A stretch of DNA of 56,964 nucleotides, counting the filler, from Malassezia furfur (Eukaryota), in NCBI GenBank assembly GCA_052055015.1. It is 4 parts of 4 records of this genome, joined end to end, with 100 filler letters (N's around TTAATTAATTAA, not from the genome) between each part and the next. Parts side by side here need not be neighbours in the genome. Positions count along the whole stretch, not along the records: positions 1 to 14,317 come from JBQJIT010000290.1; positions 14,418 to 28,610 come from JBQJIT010000291.1; 2 more parts are not named here. One strand, 5' to 3'. Within the stretch, counting starts at the first letter, position 1. Every line of letters begins with the position of its first letter. The notes beneath the pieces are model-generated. The model saw only the letters and a program-made list of their open reading frames with translations, was not told the origin of the DNA and ran no database searches. The position numbers and the translations under genes are program-made. Positions 10,456 to 21,255 of the stretch are shown here, piece after piece.

Positions 10456-13221
10456 ATGGCCATCCTCTCTGACGTATCACACGGGGTCACAGCAGACGGG
10501 ACCAGCAGCCATATGAGCCGCGAGAACGTCGATACCCTACAAGCGCACGCGCTGCCCACCGGCGTGCAGAATGCACAGGCGTTCTCGATGAGCGACCATA
10601 CTGGGCAGCACTACCATTCGGTCGACGCGCTCTCGTCGAATGTGCTGCCCGCCGCGGCGCGTGAGCGGATTGCCACTCAGGAGCCGCAGTCAAAGCCGCC
10701 GTCGACGAAGCGCCGGAAGATCAACACGTGTTTCCCGTGCAAGAACCGCAAGGTGAAGTGCGATCGGCAGCAGCCGTACTGTGGGCAATGCCAAAAGCAC
10801 CGCATCCCCGCAGAGCGCTGCGTGTGGTCCACGGACATGGCGATGGGCCCCGACATGCACTCACACTCGAACCTCGGCTTCTCAAAGGACGGTGCACACG
10901 CGCTGAATCTGTCGAATGAGTGGACCAACGCGCACGGACACGAACTTGCGCTCGACAACGATACGCGTACTGTGATTGACCGGATCTCGCACCTGGAGCA
11001 GCGACTTGGTGGCCCATCGTCGCAGCCGTCGTCGCACGAAATGCACAACACGGCAACAGGCAACCAAATCGACCCGCTGCTGCTCGGTACGACGTTGGCG
11101 CTCGACGTAAACACGGACCGTCAAGGTGCGTCGCTGCCGCAGGACTCGGCGGTGGTGGCCGAGTTGGCATTCTGGCGCAATAAGATCGAGCAGCAGCAGC
11201 GCGCGTCACAGGCGAACGACGGCGGTCAGATGGCGATGCAGGCCGAGCCGAACATGGCCGCGGCAGACGCGCTCGCGATGTTTGCGCGGCACTCGCAGCA
11301 AAACTCGCTGAGTGGCGGCGGCGACCAGGGCCTGCACCGCGCGGGCCCCGTGGCAGCTGGTCTGGCGGGGACAAGTGCCGAGGCCGAGGTGCCGCGGCAG
11401 ACGATTGTGAATGCGCTGCTCGACAGCGCGGCGTTCCACACCAACACATCGCGCATCCGCGCGGCGCTCGATATGTTGCCCGACCAGCAGCAGACCGATT
11501 ACCTGCTCAAGATTCTGCAGACGGTGGACCTGCACGTCTCGTACGGAATCAGCTGGCGTCTGGTCAAGATGCAACTGGCGAGCCTGCGCACACAGCTCGC
11601 GAGCTGGAACCGAATGCAGACGACGGTGCCCGAGCACGTTGACCTGTCGTTCCTATCGCTGCTCCTCATGCTCCTGGGACTCGCAGCGCAGTACACTGAG
11701 TCTCGTTTCTTTGTGGAGCAAAACTTTTGTACGTCGCCCGAGCAGGTCGGCACGCTGGTCGATGCATGGGTTGATTCGGCGCAGGCGCTGATGGCCATGG
11801 ATGACTACGTGAACAAGACCAACTGGAACCACCTGGCGTCGCTCTTTCTGTGCATCCACCACCATGCGCTGCGCGGCAAGCTGATGGTGTGCTTCACGAC
11901 GATGGCACTTCTCGCGCGGCTCGCGGAGCTCCAAGGCTACCACCTACTTGGCTCGGCCAAGGCCGACGAGGACGCATGGCGCGATTCGCCGTCGAGCAAG
12001 CAAGTGCGCGTGTCTGCAGTCGTGGGCATGCCAAGCCCTGATCCTAGCCGCCCCGAGACGCTGGTCAAGCCGTCCCTGCACATGGCATGCAGCCTGCCTG
12101 ACCGCTCGCATCTCGTGCGAGAGGCCGCGCGGCGGCTGTGGTACAAGATCGCGACGCAGGACCTGATCACGAGTACCGTCTTTCATCGCGCTACCACACT
12201 CGACACGGCGCGTGTGACGACGCAATACCCCCTGAACCTCGATGAAGAGGACCTGCCGGACGGCGAAACGCACGCGCTGCCGCCTGCCAAGGACGCGGGC
12301 CGTGCGACGATCAACAACCTCACTCCGTACACCTTTGAGATCGCGCAGCTCGGCCGCGAGCGCATGCCCGCCGTGCCGACTGAGGCGCGCGCCTACGACG
12401 TGGTGCTTGACCTCGACGCGCAGCTGCGTCGCCGGCTGTCGTCGCTGCCGATCTACCTACGCCCCGACCCGGCGCTCGAGCAGCTCCCCGAGGTGCGCCA
12501 GGAGCAGTCGCAGCGCCCCTACCTCGCGATGCACCGCCTGATCATCTTCGAGGCAGTGAACCACCAGCTGCTGATGCTGCACCGCGACTACCTGTGCCGC
12601 GGGCACCAGGAAGAAAAATATGCGTCGTCGACGCGCATCGCTGTCGACGCCGCACGCACGATCCTCTCGTGCCGCCAGCAGATCGACAACGTGCACCCGT
12701 CGGTGCAGCGGCACCCCGTGTTCCGCCACCACCTGTTCCAGGCGGCGGTGGTGCTTACGCTGCAGCTGCTACACCTCACGCGCAGTGGCCAGGGCTCGTC
12801 GCAGGTCGCGCACCAGCTCCGCGACGACATCGCGCTGATCATCAACTACCTCACCGACGCGAGCGACGTGAGCGGCAACCTCGTGGTCCAGCTCACGCAC
12901 TCGCAAAAGGTTGCATTCAAGTTGGTCGAGCTGCTGCTCGCCGAAGAGAGCGTGCGCCGCCAAAACGCCGCCCAGGCGCCCAAGTCGGAGTCGGACAGCT
13001 CGGAAAAACCGATCCCCCACTCGGTTGGCGGCATCCATCTGGACAACAACAGTACGAACAACAGCATCTTCCAGCTTGCCGCCTCGTCGTCAGGCTCGGA
13101 TGCTGTGAACGAGACCGCCGCGGCCCTCGCGGCGCACATGCTCGAGCCCCAGTTTGGCATCACCACCGGTCCCACCGAGTTCTTTGCATCGTTGGATGAA
13201 CTCATGGTCCCTATCTACTAG
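10456..13221 (+). CDS. Zn(II)2Cys6 transcription factor with fungal TF middle homology region
   Basis: CFPCKNRKVKCDRQQPYCGQCQKHRIPAERCVW zinc cluster; REAARRLWY...D and YPLNLDEEDL. Confidence 0.92.
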   Translation: MAILSDVSHGVTADGTSSHMSRENVDTLQAHALPTGVQNAQAFSMSDHTGQHYHSVDALSSNVLPAAARERIATQEPQSKPPSTKRRKINTCFPCKNRKVKCDRQQPYCGQCQKHRIPAERCVWSTDMAMGPDMHSHSNLGFSKDGAHALNLSNEWTNAHGHELALDNDTRTVIDRISHLEQRLGGPSSQPSSHEMHNTATGNQIDPLLLGTTLALDVNTDRQGASLPQDSAVVAELAFWRNKIEQQQRASQANDGGQMAMQAEPNMAAADALAMFARHSQQNSLSGGGDQGLHRAGPVAAGLAGTSAEAEVPRQTIVNALLDSAAFHTNTSRIRAALDMLPDQQQTDYLLKILQTVDLHVSYGISWRLVKMQLASLRTQLASWNRMQTTVPEHVDLSFLSLLLMLLGLAAQYTESRFFVEQNFCTSPEQVGTLVDAWVDSAQALMAMDDYVNKTNWNHLASLFLCIHHHALRGKLMVCFTTMALLARLAELQGYHLLGSAKADEDAWRDSPSSKQVRVSAVVGMPSPDPSRPETLVKPSLHMACSLPDRSHLVREAARRLWYKIATQDLITSTVFHRATTLDTARVTTQYPLNLDEEDLPDGETHALPPAKDAGRATINNLTPYTFEIAQLGRERMPAVPTEARAYDVVLDLDAQLRRRLSSLPIYLRPDPALEQLPEVRQEQSQRPYLAMHRLIIFEAVNHQLLMLHRDYLCRGHQEEKYASSTRIAVDAARTILSCRQQIDNVHPSVQRHPVFRHHLFQAAVVLTLQLLHLTRSGQGSSQVAHQLRDDIALIINYLTDASDVSGNLVVQLTHSQKVAFKLVELLLAEESVRRQNAAQAPKSESDSSEKPIPHSVGGIHLDNNSTNNSIFQLAASSSGSDAVNETAAALAAHMLEPQFGITTGPTEFFASLDELMVPIY

Positions 13222-13257
13222 CGTTTCATAACATGAGAGGAGGTTGTACAAAGGTCA

Positions 13258-14196
13258 TTAGCACGGCGTATCGCGCAGGTCTGCCAGGCGGTCGAGCGTC
13301 GCAATCAGCGTTTCAATCACGGCACGCACGTCGTGCCAAGTCTGCGCACGGACAATCCCAGGCGGGCATTGCGGTGCGCTGGTACGCAGTGCCTCGGTCC
13401 ACTGCGCCAGCGTGAGTAGCTCCGTCGTACGGCGTGCCATCTCGAGCTTACTCAAGAGACTTGGCTGTTCGCCAATGAGCACACCCACGTCGGCGTCCAG
13501 CAGACACGGCAGGTCGTGCAGGCTGTCGCCCACGTACAGTGTCAAGGGGCAAGGGCAGTACTGTGCCTGGATCGCCTCCAGCACTTTGCGCTTGTCCATC
13601 CCCGTAAGCATCGGCTGCGCACCGGGCAAGGGGCCAACGACCCGGCCAGTGCCGCGCTGGTGCTCGGCGTGCTGCTCAATTTCGTTGGCGTGAATGTCGG
13701 CAAAGCGGATGGTACGCAAGTCTTCTTCGAGACACGCACTTGGCTCCTTGCCATCGCGAATTAAGAGTGCGTCCAAAATAAAGCGCCGTGACCAGTTGAC
13801 GCTCACAATATGGACATGGACGCGCCCGGGCGGGACGTGACGCCGGACGTACTCCAGCACGTCGCTCCAACCTTCGCGAAACTCGACGCGGTGCGCACGC
13901 GAACGCCGGTCCGTGTGCTTGGTATCTTTGAATAGTCCCCCCTCCACGACTTTGTCTAGGGTAGTTTGCTCGGCTCGTGCGACATCGCCGACGTACGCCA
14001 GGAGTTGTGCCTCGGTGTCCAGCGGTCCATACTGCGATTTGAATGCGTGCTGGTCCTTGAAGTACTCGTCCTCATAATGCTGAAATGGCCTTGTACCTTT
14101 GCACAACTCGTCATGCGACGGTGCAACGAGTTTGAGTGTGTCGCAACAAGTAATGGTCTCGTCCCAGTCTGACACCAGCAATAGCGCCGGGGCCAT
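13258..14196 (-). CDS. HAD-superfamily phosphatase (Cto1/thiamine-monophosphate phosphatase-like)
   Basis: Motif I DWDETIT, SVNWS, K in motif III, and motif IV YVGDSLHDLPCLLDADVG. Confidence 0.8.
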   Translation of the reverse strand: MAPALLLVSDWDETITCCDTLKLVAPSHDELCKGTRPFQHYEDEYFKDQHAFKSQYGPLDTEAQLLAYVGDVARAEQTTLDKVVEGGLFKDTKHTDRRSRAHRVEFREGWSDVLEYVRRHVPPGRVHVHIVSVNWSRRFILDALLIRDGKEPSACLEEDLRTIRFADIHANEIEQHAEHQRGTGRVVGPLPGAQPMLTGMDKRKVLEAIQAQYCPCPLTLYVGDSLHDLPCLLDADVGVLIGEQPSLLSKLEMARRTTELLTLAQWTEALRTSAPQCPPGIVRAQTWHDVRAVIETLIATLDRLADLRDTPC

Positions 14197-14317
14197 GGCG
14201 TGTGCGAGACAGTAAAGAGGTACTCATTATAGACGACCCATGGATCCCCCTCGTTAACAGCCGAGTCCAATAGTTTAACGGTTATGACGTATCCTTCACA
14301 TCAGTTGTTGATACATC

Positions 14318-14417
14318 NNNNNNNNNNNNNNNNNNNNNNNNNNNNNNNNNNNNNNNNNNNNTTAATTAATTAANNNNNNNNNNNNNNNNNNNNNNNNNNN
14401 NNNNNNNNNNNNNNNNN
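14318..14417. other. Assembly gap with artificial linker N44-TTAATTAATTAA-N44
   Basis: 100-nt N block with a six-frame stop spacer; identical to the other two gaps. Confidence 0.97.
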
Positions 14418-16765
14418 GGTGCCGGCGCCGGGCGCACCGCTGGGGCTGCGGGGGACGCAGCCGGCGCCGGGCGTACCGCTGGCGCTGCGCGTACTGCTGG
14501 TGCTGGGCGCACCGCTGGCGCTGGGCGAACTGCTGGTGCTGGGCGCACCGCTGCACTCCCAGGTGCGGTAGACGTTGCCGGCGCCGCGGCCGCAGGCGCC
14601 TTCACTTTGGCCTCTGGCGCGCCAAAGTTGGGGCGGATCGCCGCGCCGCGCGGTGCGGCGGCCGGCACCTGTGCAGGTACCTTGCTTTTGGCGCCTGCAC
14701 CGAGCCGCATCGCACCTGCCCCGCTCGCCGGCTTGGGCACCGGAGCTTCCGCAGGCGCCTTGGGCGCAGCGGCGGGCGCAGCGGCGGGCGCAGCGGCGGG
14801 CGCAGCGGCGGGCGCCGGTGACTCGGTCGACGTCAAGACCACTGCACCTGGCTTCGCTACCCCGGCCGCACTTCCCGGCGCTTCGTCCGCATCGAGCTGC
14901 GCAATCGCCCAGTCGCTCAGCGCCGACGCGGCATGCCCCGCAGTCGCCGACAGGAACGAGAACGCAGAGCGTCCCTCGCTCTGTGCCGCGACAGGCGTAG
15001 TAGCGAGCGTCGGCGCGGGGGGCAGCTCGCTCGACTCGGATGACAGCCCTGACGCATAGGCCTGGATCTTGTCGAGGTACATATACAGCGTCTTCGAGGC
15101 CATCTCACGCACCTCGTGGTTCCGGTCCACAAGGCACGGCGACAGCGCCGGCACGACGTTGCGCGCGGATGCCTCCGCATCGAAGGACGCCTCGTTCGCG
15201 CGAAAGGCCTCGACGCCTGCGAGGCGCGCCTGCTCAAACGCATCCTTGAGGCTGCGCGCAAACGCGGGCACCAGCACGCTCGTGCGCGTCGCTGGCGTCA
15301 CAAACGGCGTCAACTTGCCGAGCAGCTGCGTCGTCTGGATACGCAGCGCCGGCTGCCGGTCCATCTGCGTCTTGGCCAGCTGGCGCAGCAGGTCGTTGTT
15401 CAGCACGCGGCTGCTCAGCTTCGGCGCGAGCAGGGGGAGGCTCTCGAGCACCGCGGCGCGCACCACCTCGTGCGGGTCCTCGAGCCACGTCGCGACCGCC
15501 GGCCACACGCGGCCCATGACCGCGCGCGTGTCGAGGTGCGCGGCGTACAGGTCAAGGTGCTGCAGCAGCGCCGCGCGCATCGGCGAGTACGGCGTGCCAA
15601 ACGCGTCGAGCACCGGCGTGCCGAGCGTGTGCCGCCAGCGCGCGTCCTCGAGCGGCTCGCCGAGGCGCAGCATGAGCGGCAGCAGCACGCGCGTCGACAG
15701 CTCCAGGCCATCGTTCAGGCCATTGGGTATCGGTTTGCTGCGGAAGGCCTCGACGAGCACGGGCAGCACCTTGTACTGCGAAAAGGTGGGCAGCAGTCGC
15801 GGCTGCAGCTGCTCGAGCTCGCCGAGGATCGCCTCTTTCTGCAGCGCATCGGCGAGGCGGAACTCTTCGACGAGCGCACTTGCACGCACCAGCTCGTTCT
15901 CGGTGAGGAAGCCGCCGGGCTCGTTGCCTGCCGCAACGAGGTCCGCGGCCGACAGCCGTGTGTGGGGGTCGGCGTGCACCATCTGCCGCACGAGGGGGTA
16001 CAGCAGCGGGGGGATGCGCCCCGCAGAAAAGGTGCGCAGGTTCGCGGGTACCTGGTCGTTGAATGCGTCGATCGCCAGCACACCGATCGCGAAGCTGTCC
16101 ACTGCATACACGGGCACGTCGGCGACGCGGCTCCAGCCCGCCTCGATCTCGGGCGCGACGCGATCGTTGGCGTGCGGCGGCTGCCCTCCGTAGGTCGCGA
16201 GGAACCCGGCATCGCTTGCCGGCGCCATCGTCTCAAAGCCACCCAGGAGCCATTCGCCGGCCTCCGACAAGAAGACACTGGCCGCGTGGATGTTGCCGTG
16301 GATCGCGCCGACCTGCGTGTGCAGGAACGCGGCTGCGCTCGCAATGTGGCTCACGCCCCACGCGACCCACGCGTCGCTCCCGGGGTCGCGCGCACCCTCG
16401 CGCCAGCCGTCGAGCACCTGCGTCAGCGGCGTTACGCGCTCGACCGCGAGGTAGATGGTGCCGTTCGTCTCGGCCATGTCGAGGTACTTGAGCACGTACG
16501 GGAACCGCAGCGAGCGCAGCTTGCGTACGGCGTTGTGCGCCATGGCGATCTGCGCGGGGTTCGCGCGTGCGCCGTCGAACACAAATACGCTCACGGGCAG
16601 CTGATCTTCCTGCGGGGTGAGCACGCGACCTACCTTGCGCACGCCCTCGTAGAGCCGCCATAGACTCTGGCCCGCATACGATGTGACCTCGTCGCCCACG
16701 GAAATGCCGGGCAGCGGGCCGCCGCCCTTGCCCAGCGCCGACGAGATCTGGCGCAAATAGTCCAT
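14418..16765 (-). CDS. CEX1: SCY1-like pseudokinase with HEAT repeats (Cex1/SCYL1), 3' end lost in the gap
   Basis: Starts MDYLRQIS; kinase-like IHGNIHAASVFLSEAGEWLLGGFE; HEAT region LNNDLLRQLAKTQMD. In-frame 24-nt intron 16610-16633. Confidence 0.88.
14419..14552 (-). repeat. Coding 18-nt tandem repeat (AVRPAP)n
   Basis: Degenerate GGGCGCACCGCTGGCGCT units running into the contig end. Confidence 0.8.
14762..14815. repeat. Coding 12-nt tandem repeat (GGGCGCAGCGGC)x4, encoding AAPA
   Basis: Directly visible perfect tandem units. Confidence 0.85.
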
Positions 16766-19700
16766 GGCACCACAAGCTTCGGAAGAACGAGTGGAGGTGC
16801 CCCTGGCTTCGTCCATGAGCGACGCGTCGCGGATGCACGGCGAGGCGCTTGCGGGCGTCTCGCAGGAGGAGTTGCTGCAGGAGCTGCCCGTCGAGCAGTC
16901 GGACCTGATCCCGCTCGCAGCGCTGGTCGAGCGTCTGTCGAACAATGCGTACCAGACGCTGCAGAGCCTGAGCGACACCACCTCTTCGCTCTCGAACGAC
17001 GCCAAGAAGGCCAAGATCTTTGCGACGGCGATGGACCTGCGCAAGCAGTTTGTCAAGCTGCTCGTGCTTGTGCGCTGGTCCAAGGACGTGGAGCTGCTGA
17101 ACAAGGCGCGCAACGTGATTGCTCTGCTCCTCGACCAACAGTGGGCGCACGAAGACGTCTTCTCCGGACTGACGCAGGCGCGCAAGATCTTGCCGAATGC
17201 GCGCATCTGCGACGCGGATCTCGTCACAGCAATCGATGTGATCCGCACGGGGACGTACCAGCGCCTCCCGGCGTCCATCCGGAACAGCACCGTGCCCAAG
17301 GCGCCCATGACCAACGCCCAGGTCCTCGACGTGCTCCGTGCGCTCGACCAGGTGCTCCGCGTGCGCCTCACCTGCAATACGGTCACGCCGCAGGGCTTTC
17401 ATCTGCAAAAGATCGCCGACGGCAAGGCTTACTTTGCGGTCGAGGGGCTGTACGACGCGTGCCTCACCACCAGTGGGCCTACCGACGAAGACCGCTGGTG
17501 GCTCCTCGACTTTCACTTTGCCGACGCAGCGACCGACGGCGACGAGGATCTCTCAGCCTCGCTCACCACGCCGTACCTCGAAAATGTGTTTGCGGCCGCC
17601 GAAGCCATGCTGAGCGAGCCTACATCGTCGGACGAGCCGATCCTCGTGCGTCTCCACACCTTCTTGGAGCAGCAGGCACTCCAGCGGCAGCTACACATTC
17701 TGCACCACCAGCTGCAGCGCGTGAATCACCTGCACCTGCGCGGCAATGTCCGGTTCTCGCTCGACTTGGCCACGCACACGCTCGAACTGCAGTACTGGGC
17801 GGCCCATGCCTCGGCCTCGGCGCAGGACCGGAATAAGGCGCTCCATCGCCGCCTCCTGCAGGGCAAGCTGCATCTCAAGCTCCATACCGAGACGCTCACG
17901 GGCGCCAACAAGGTCCTCTCGGACTTGCTCTCGGGTAGTACGGCGTCCACGGGACGCAGTCACATCCTGGTCGACTGGGATGTCGACGAGGCCATTCGGG
18001 AGGCGACGAAGACACTCCCGGAGCTCCATTTGGAGCAGCTGGACATCGAGGCGCTCGTTCTCGCCGCCACGGACCGCCATTCGCTCGCGCTGATGAAGAT
18101 CTTCCAGCAGCAGATCGTCGACCACCCCGGGCTCGGCGCGGGGAATGCCGAGCAGTGCGTCCTCCGCTCGCTGTCCAAGCAGGGATTTGGACCGAGGCAT
18201 GCGCTCGAGCTGCAGGTCACCGACAACATCCACATTATGCTCTACGTCTCGCTCATTACGGGGCGCATCGGCATCAAATCGCTCGATCTGATGCAGAGCC
18301 AGCACGACGAAGTGCTCCAGCTCGGCCTGAGCGAGGCCCAAGACGCTGCGCTGCAGCGCATGGCCAACCAGATCAGCGCCAACACCGAAACCCTGGCAGA
18401 GACGCTGCTGACGTTCCGGCTCCAGAGCCTCGCGAAGGAGCTCGAGCTGCAGGCGTCCTGGCTCGGCCTGGCGTACCTGCCCACAATTGCGCTCCGCCCG
18501 GGCGAGCTCGACAAGATTGGCCTGCCGAGCGGCTACCCGCTGCTCTACCTGCCGTTGGGGATTCTGCCGTCGTACTACATGTCGATCTACTTCGTCCCAA
18601 AACAGCCCATCACCATGGCACTCGTCTCGGTGATGTCGATTATGGAGGCCGGCAAGGCGATGCAGGTCATCAGCTCGGTCAAGTGGCTAGACCGCAAGCA
18701 CCTTGCCAACGTCGCCGTCTCGGGCAAGCTGCTGCTCAGTACGCCCAACAAGGCCTGGAGCGAAGAGGGGAATGCCACCTCGTTACGGTACGACCTCACC
18801 TCGGAGGAACTGCAGCTCGCGTACAACTACTGCATCGCGACGGTGGCCTACTCCCACCTGGAAGAGCAGCTGCGTCTCAAACTGATACCCTTCATGCTGG
18901 TCGGAGCTACCACCGACAATACCGCTACCCTGGCCCAGCACGCCGACCCTCTTTTGCCCAGCCTCCGTGTGAGCGCTGCGGAACTCGTCTCGCCCTTCGC
19001 CAGCCTGACCGACTCAAACGTTTCGTTGCAAATCTGTGACTGGTGGCTGCCTGCCGACCGGCGTGTGGAGATTTCGCTACGTATCAAGCTGGAGGCACCG
19101 ATCGACTCAGGACCGATTACCCTGTTCAATGACACCTCGCTCGATCCAGCCACGGGGCAGCTTCGGCACACATCGCGGGACCTGGCGACCAGTGTCGCCC
19201 AGTTCCAGCGCCGGTGGGATCAAGTGGCGCGGATGCTCCTTCTGATCAACACTGTGGCACAGTACAAGTCGGCCCACCACTTCCACATCGCCTTGTCCCA
19301 CGTGGAGAACAATAAGGTGGCCCTGCGCTATGGAGCTACTCCAAGCGAAACCCAACTGTCGGTTTCGATTACCTTCAACGAACTCAACGAGAGGCTGCCC
19401 AAGGACCGGTTTGAACTTGAGTTTGGGGTGCTTGACGATGCCTCGCCGGAAGCAAGCAACCCTCATGAATACCTTGCTGCTTTGATGCAAAACAAGCTGA
19501 ACACCATCGCAAGCTCCACCGCCAATTACTGGAAGGGGCTCATTACAGTACGTTGGCGAACATGCGCTCACCTAGATGCTGGAAAGCACCTTGCCTTTGC
19601 TCTCGCTGCTTGGACCTTACATGCAGCGTTCGGCCACCGACATCGAATGCCCCGAGATCAACATCCAAGACGTCAACTGGTACCAAGTCCGGTTTCTGAA

Positions 19701-20016
19701 CAAGTATGTGAAGAAGACGTCGTCCACGATACTAACGAGCAGTCACACGTTGGACCTCCGCCTGCTGACTGACAACCGACTCCTGATTGTTGACACCCAT
19801 CGAGAGTTTGAGAATGAGCAGGAGGCCAATGAAGCAGCGGACCAACCGAACTCATCTACCTCACTACAAAACCTATGGGCAGAAGTCACGGGGCGCGTAC
19901 ACTCAGACCAAGGCCCCACGGCACGTGCTGACTCCAAGTCACACGTCGTAGTGGCCGAAGTCACCCAAGTGGAAGCCAACCTGGATAAACTGTTCCAATC
20001 GATAAATAAAATATAG
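16764..20016 (+). CDS. MED14: Mediator subunit 14 (Rgr1)
   Basis: LRKQFVKLLVLVRWSK and DLVTAIDVIRTGTYQRLP. Introns 19548-19575 (28 nt) and 19704-19742 (39 nt). Alternative start at 16815. Confidence 0.9.
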
Positions 20017-20261
20017 ATTTTGGAATTATATATTTGAATGATTATAAAATAGAAACAATAATTAAACACATATAAGAAGTAGAAAAGAAAACTCTTTATT
20101 CTTAATAAAAAAATAAAAGTATGAAATGTATAATATTTCAACATAAGGTTTTAAATTATTATAAAATAATATTACATACGTATATTTAATATAATCACAC
20201 ATTTTATGAACAATTGTAATTTTAAAAAATATAAAATTAGAATAAAATAAATATATTTATT
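20001..20261. other. Extremely AT-rich intergenic core, putative centromere
   Basis: Manual count gives 34 G+C in 260 nt (20001-20260, ~13% GC) against >60% elsewhere. Flanking genes show reduced GC. Confidence 0.75.
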
Positions 20262-21144
20262 TTAAACCTGCTTCTTCACTTTTGCTGGATTTCCAAAAGC
20301 AACAGAATTAGCAGGAATATCCTTAGTAACCACACTTCCCGCTCCCTTTTTTATTGTTAGTTTTTTGAATAAAATATTTTCTTACAATTGTGCAATTGTC
20401 CCCGATCGTGATTCCAGCCCTGTTTGTTAAATTTCCACACACATAATCGTTGTATTTCCACCGCTTAAGTTAGTTTTATTTTTTATTCTGACTTACATCC
20501 AGCAATTTTTTCCAATCTTGATTGGTAGAGCGCGCTCCAGCACAGACTGCCGCTCTGTGGGGTTAGTGGAGTGGGTGCCAGCATAGAGGTGAACACTGTG
20601 CATGGTTAGATCATGGTCCTCCTCATGACCTGATAGCAGGTCTGTTGACTTACTTTGGTCCAAAGAGGACACCGTCCCCAATCGTAATCTCTGCACAGTC
20701 CAAGAACGTTGCGTTGAAGTTGCAGTAGAAGGACCCCTCAAACTTCACATTGTCGCCATAGTCACTGTTGCAGGTCAGAACCCATGGAGTCGTACATACA
20801 TCCAAAGCGGGGGCTCGATCTCAATCTTCTGTTCTTGACCATTCTCCAGCTTAAAGATTTTAGCGATCAGCTCTCTGCGGTCACTCCCGGTAATCTCGAG
20901 CTTAGGCTGAGCCAATTCTGGAAAGTTGGCAGGAGGAGACAGATTAAAGGCATGGACAAGCTTCCGGACGGCAATGCGACGTTCGGTGAGCTCCTTGTCA
21001 GTAGGATTGTAGGCCAGACCAAGCAGCATCTAAGACGTAAGTTTTGCGTCTATCACGGATTCTCACCTTTTGCCTTTCAGTCATCTGATCATACTGGTCT
21101 GCATATTTCTTGTCTGCCTCAGCGTAGCGGTCTTCAGCGGTCAT
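20262..21144 (-). CDS. Maltose/galactoside O-acetyltransferase (left-handed beta-helix), 7 exons
   Basis: Spliced: MTAEDRY...TERQK-MLLGLAY...IEPPLWIDYGDNVKF..FYCNFNATFLDCAEITIGDGVLFGPNV...[48 protein letters not shown]. Introns 21030-21066, 20765-20799, 20596-20653, 20464-20496, 20420-20442 and 20346-20385. Confidence 0.92.
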
Positions 21145-21255
21145 TTCGGATAAGAAGGATGGTTTTGCGGAGGATACGATGTAACGAAGCGGGGTTCGCG
21201 TCGGGTCGCGTCTGGCGCGTAAATTGGCTGGCGCGCATCCACTTGCTAGGTGGAA

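Noticed and set aside
14362..14373. TTAATTAATTAA palindromic element, also near 28655 and 42934
   Set aside because: Embedded in fixed-length N runs; an artificial six-frame-stop scaffold linker, not biology.
14419..14815. Short repeats as a CRISPR-like array
   Set aside because: Eukaryotic context and no unique spacers; these are coding Ala/Pro low-complexity repeats.
19743..20144. 133-aa F/Y/I-rich ORF crossing the AT-rich core
   Set aside because: Compositional artefact of AT-rich DNA, and antisense to the last MED14 exon.
20001..20500. AT-rich segment as a mitochondrial insertion, contaminant or horizontally transferred island
   Set aside because: Both flanking nuclear genes read continuously into it, with spliceosomal introns and a smooth GC gradient; no sharp junctions or organellar gene remnants are visible.
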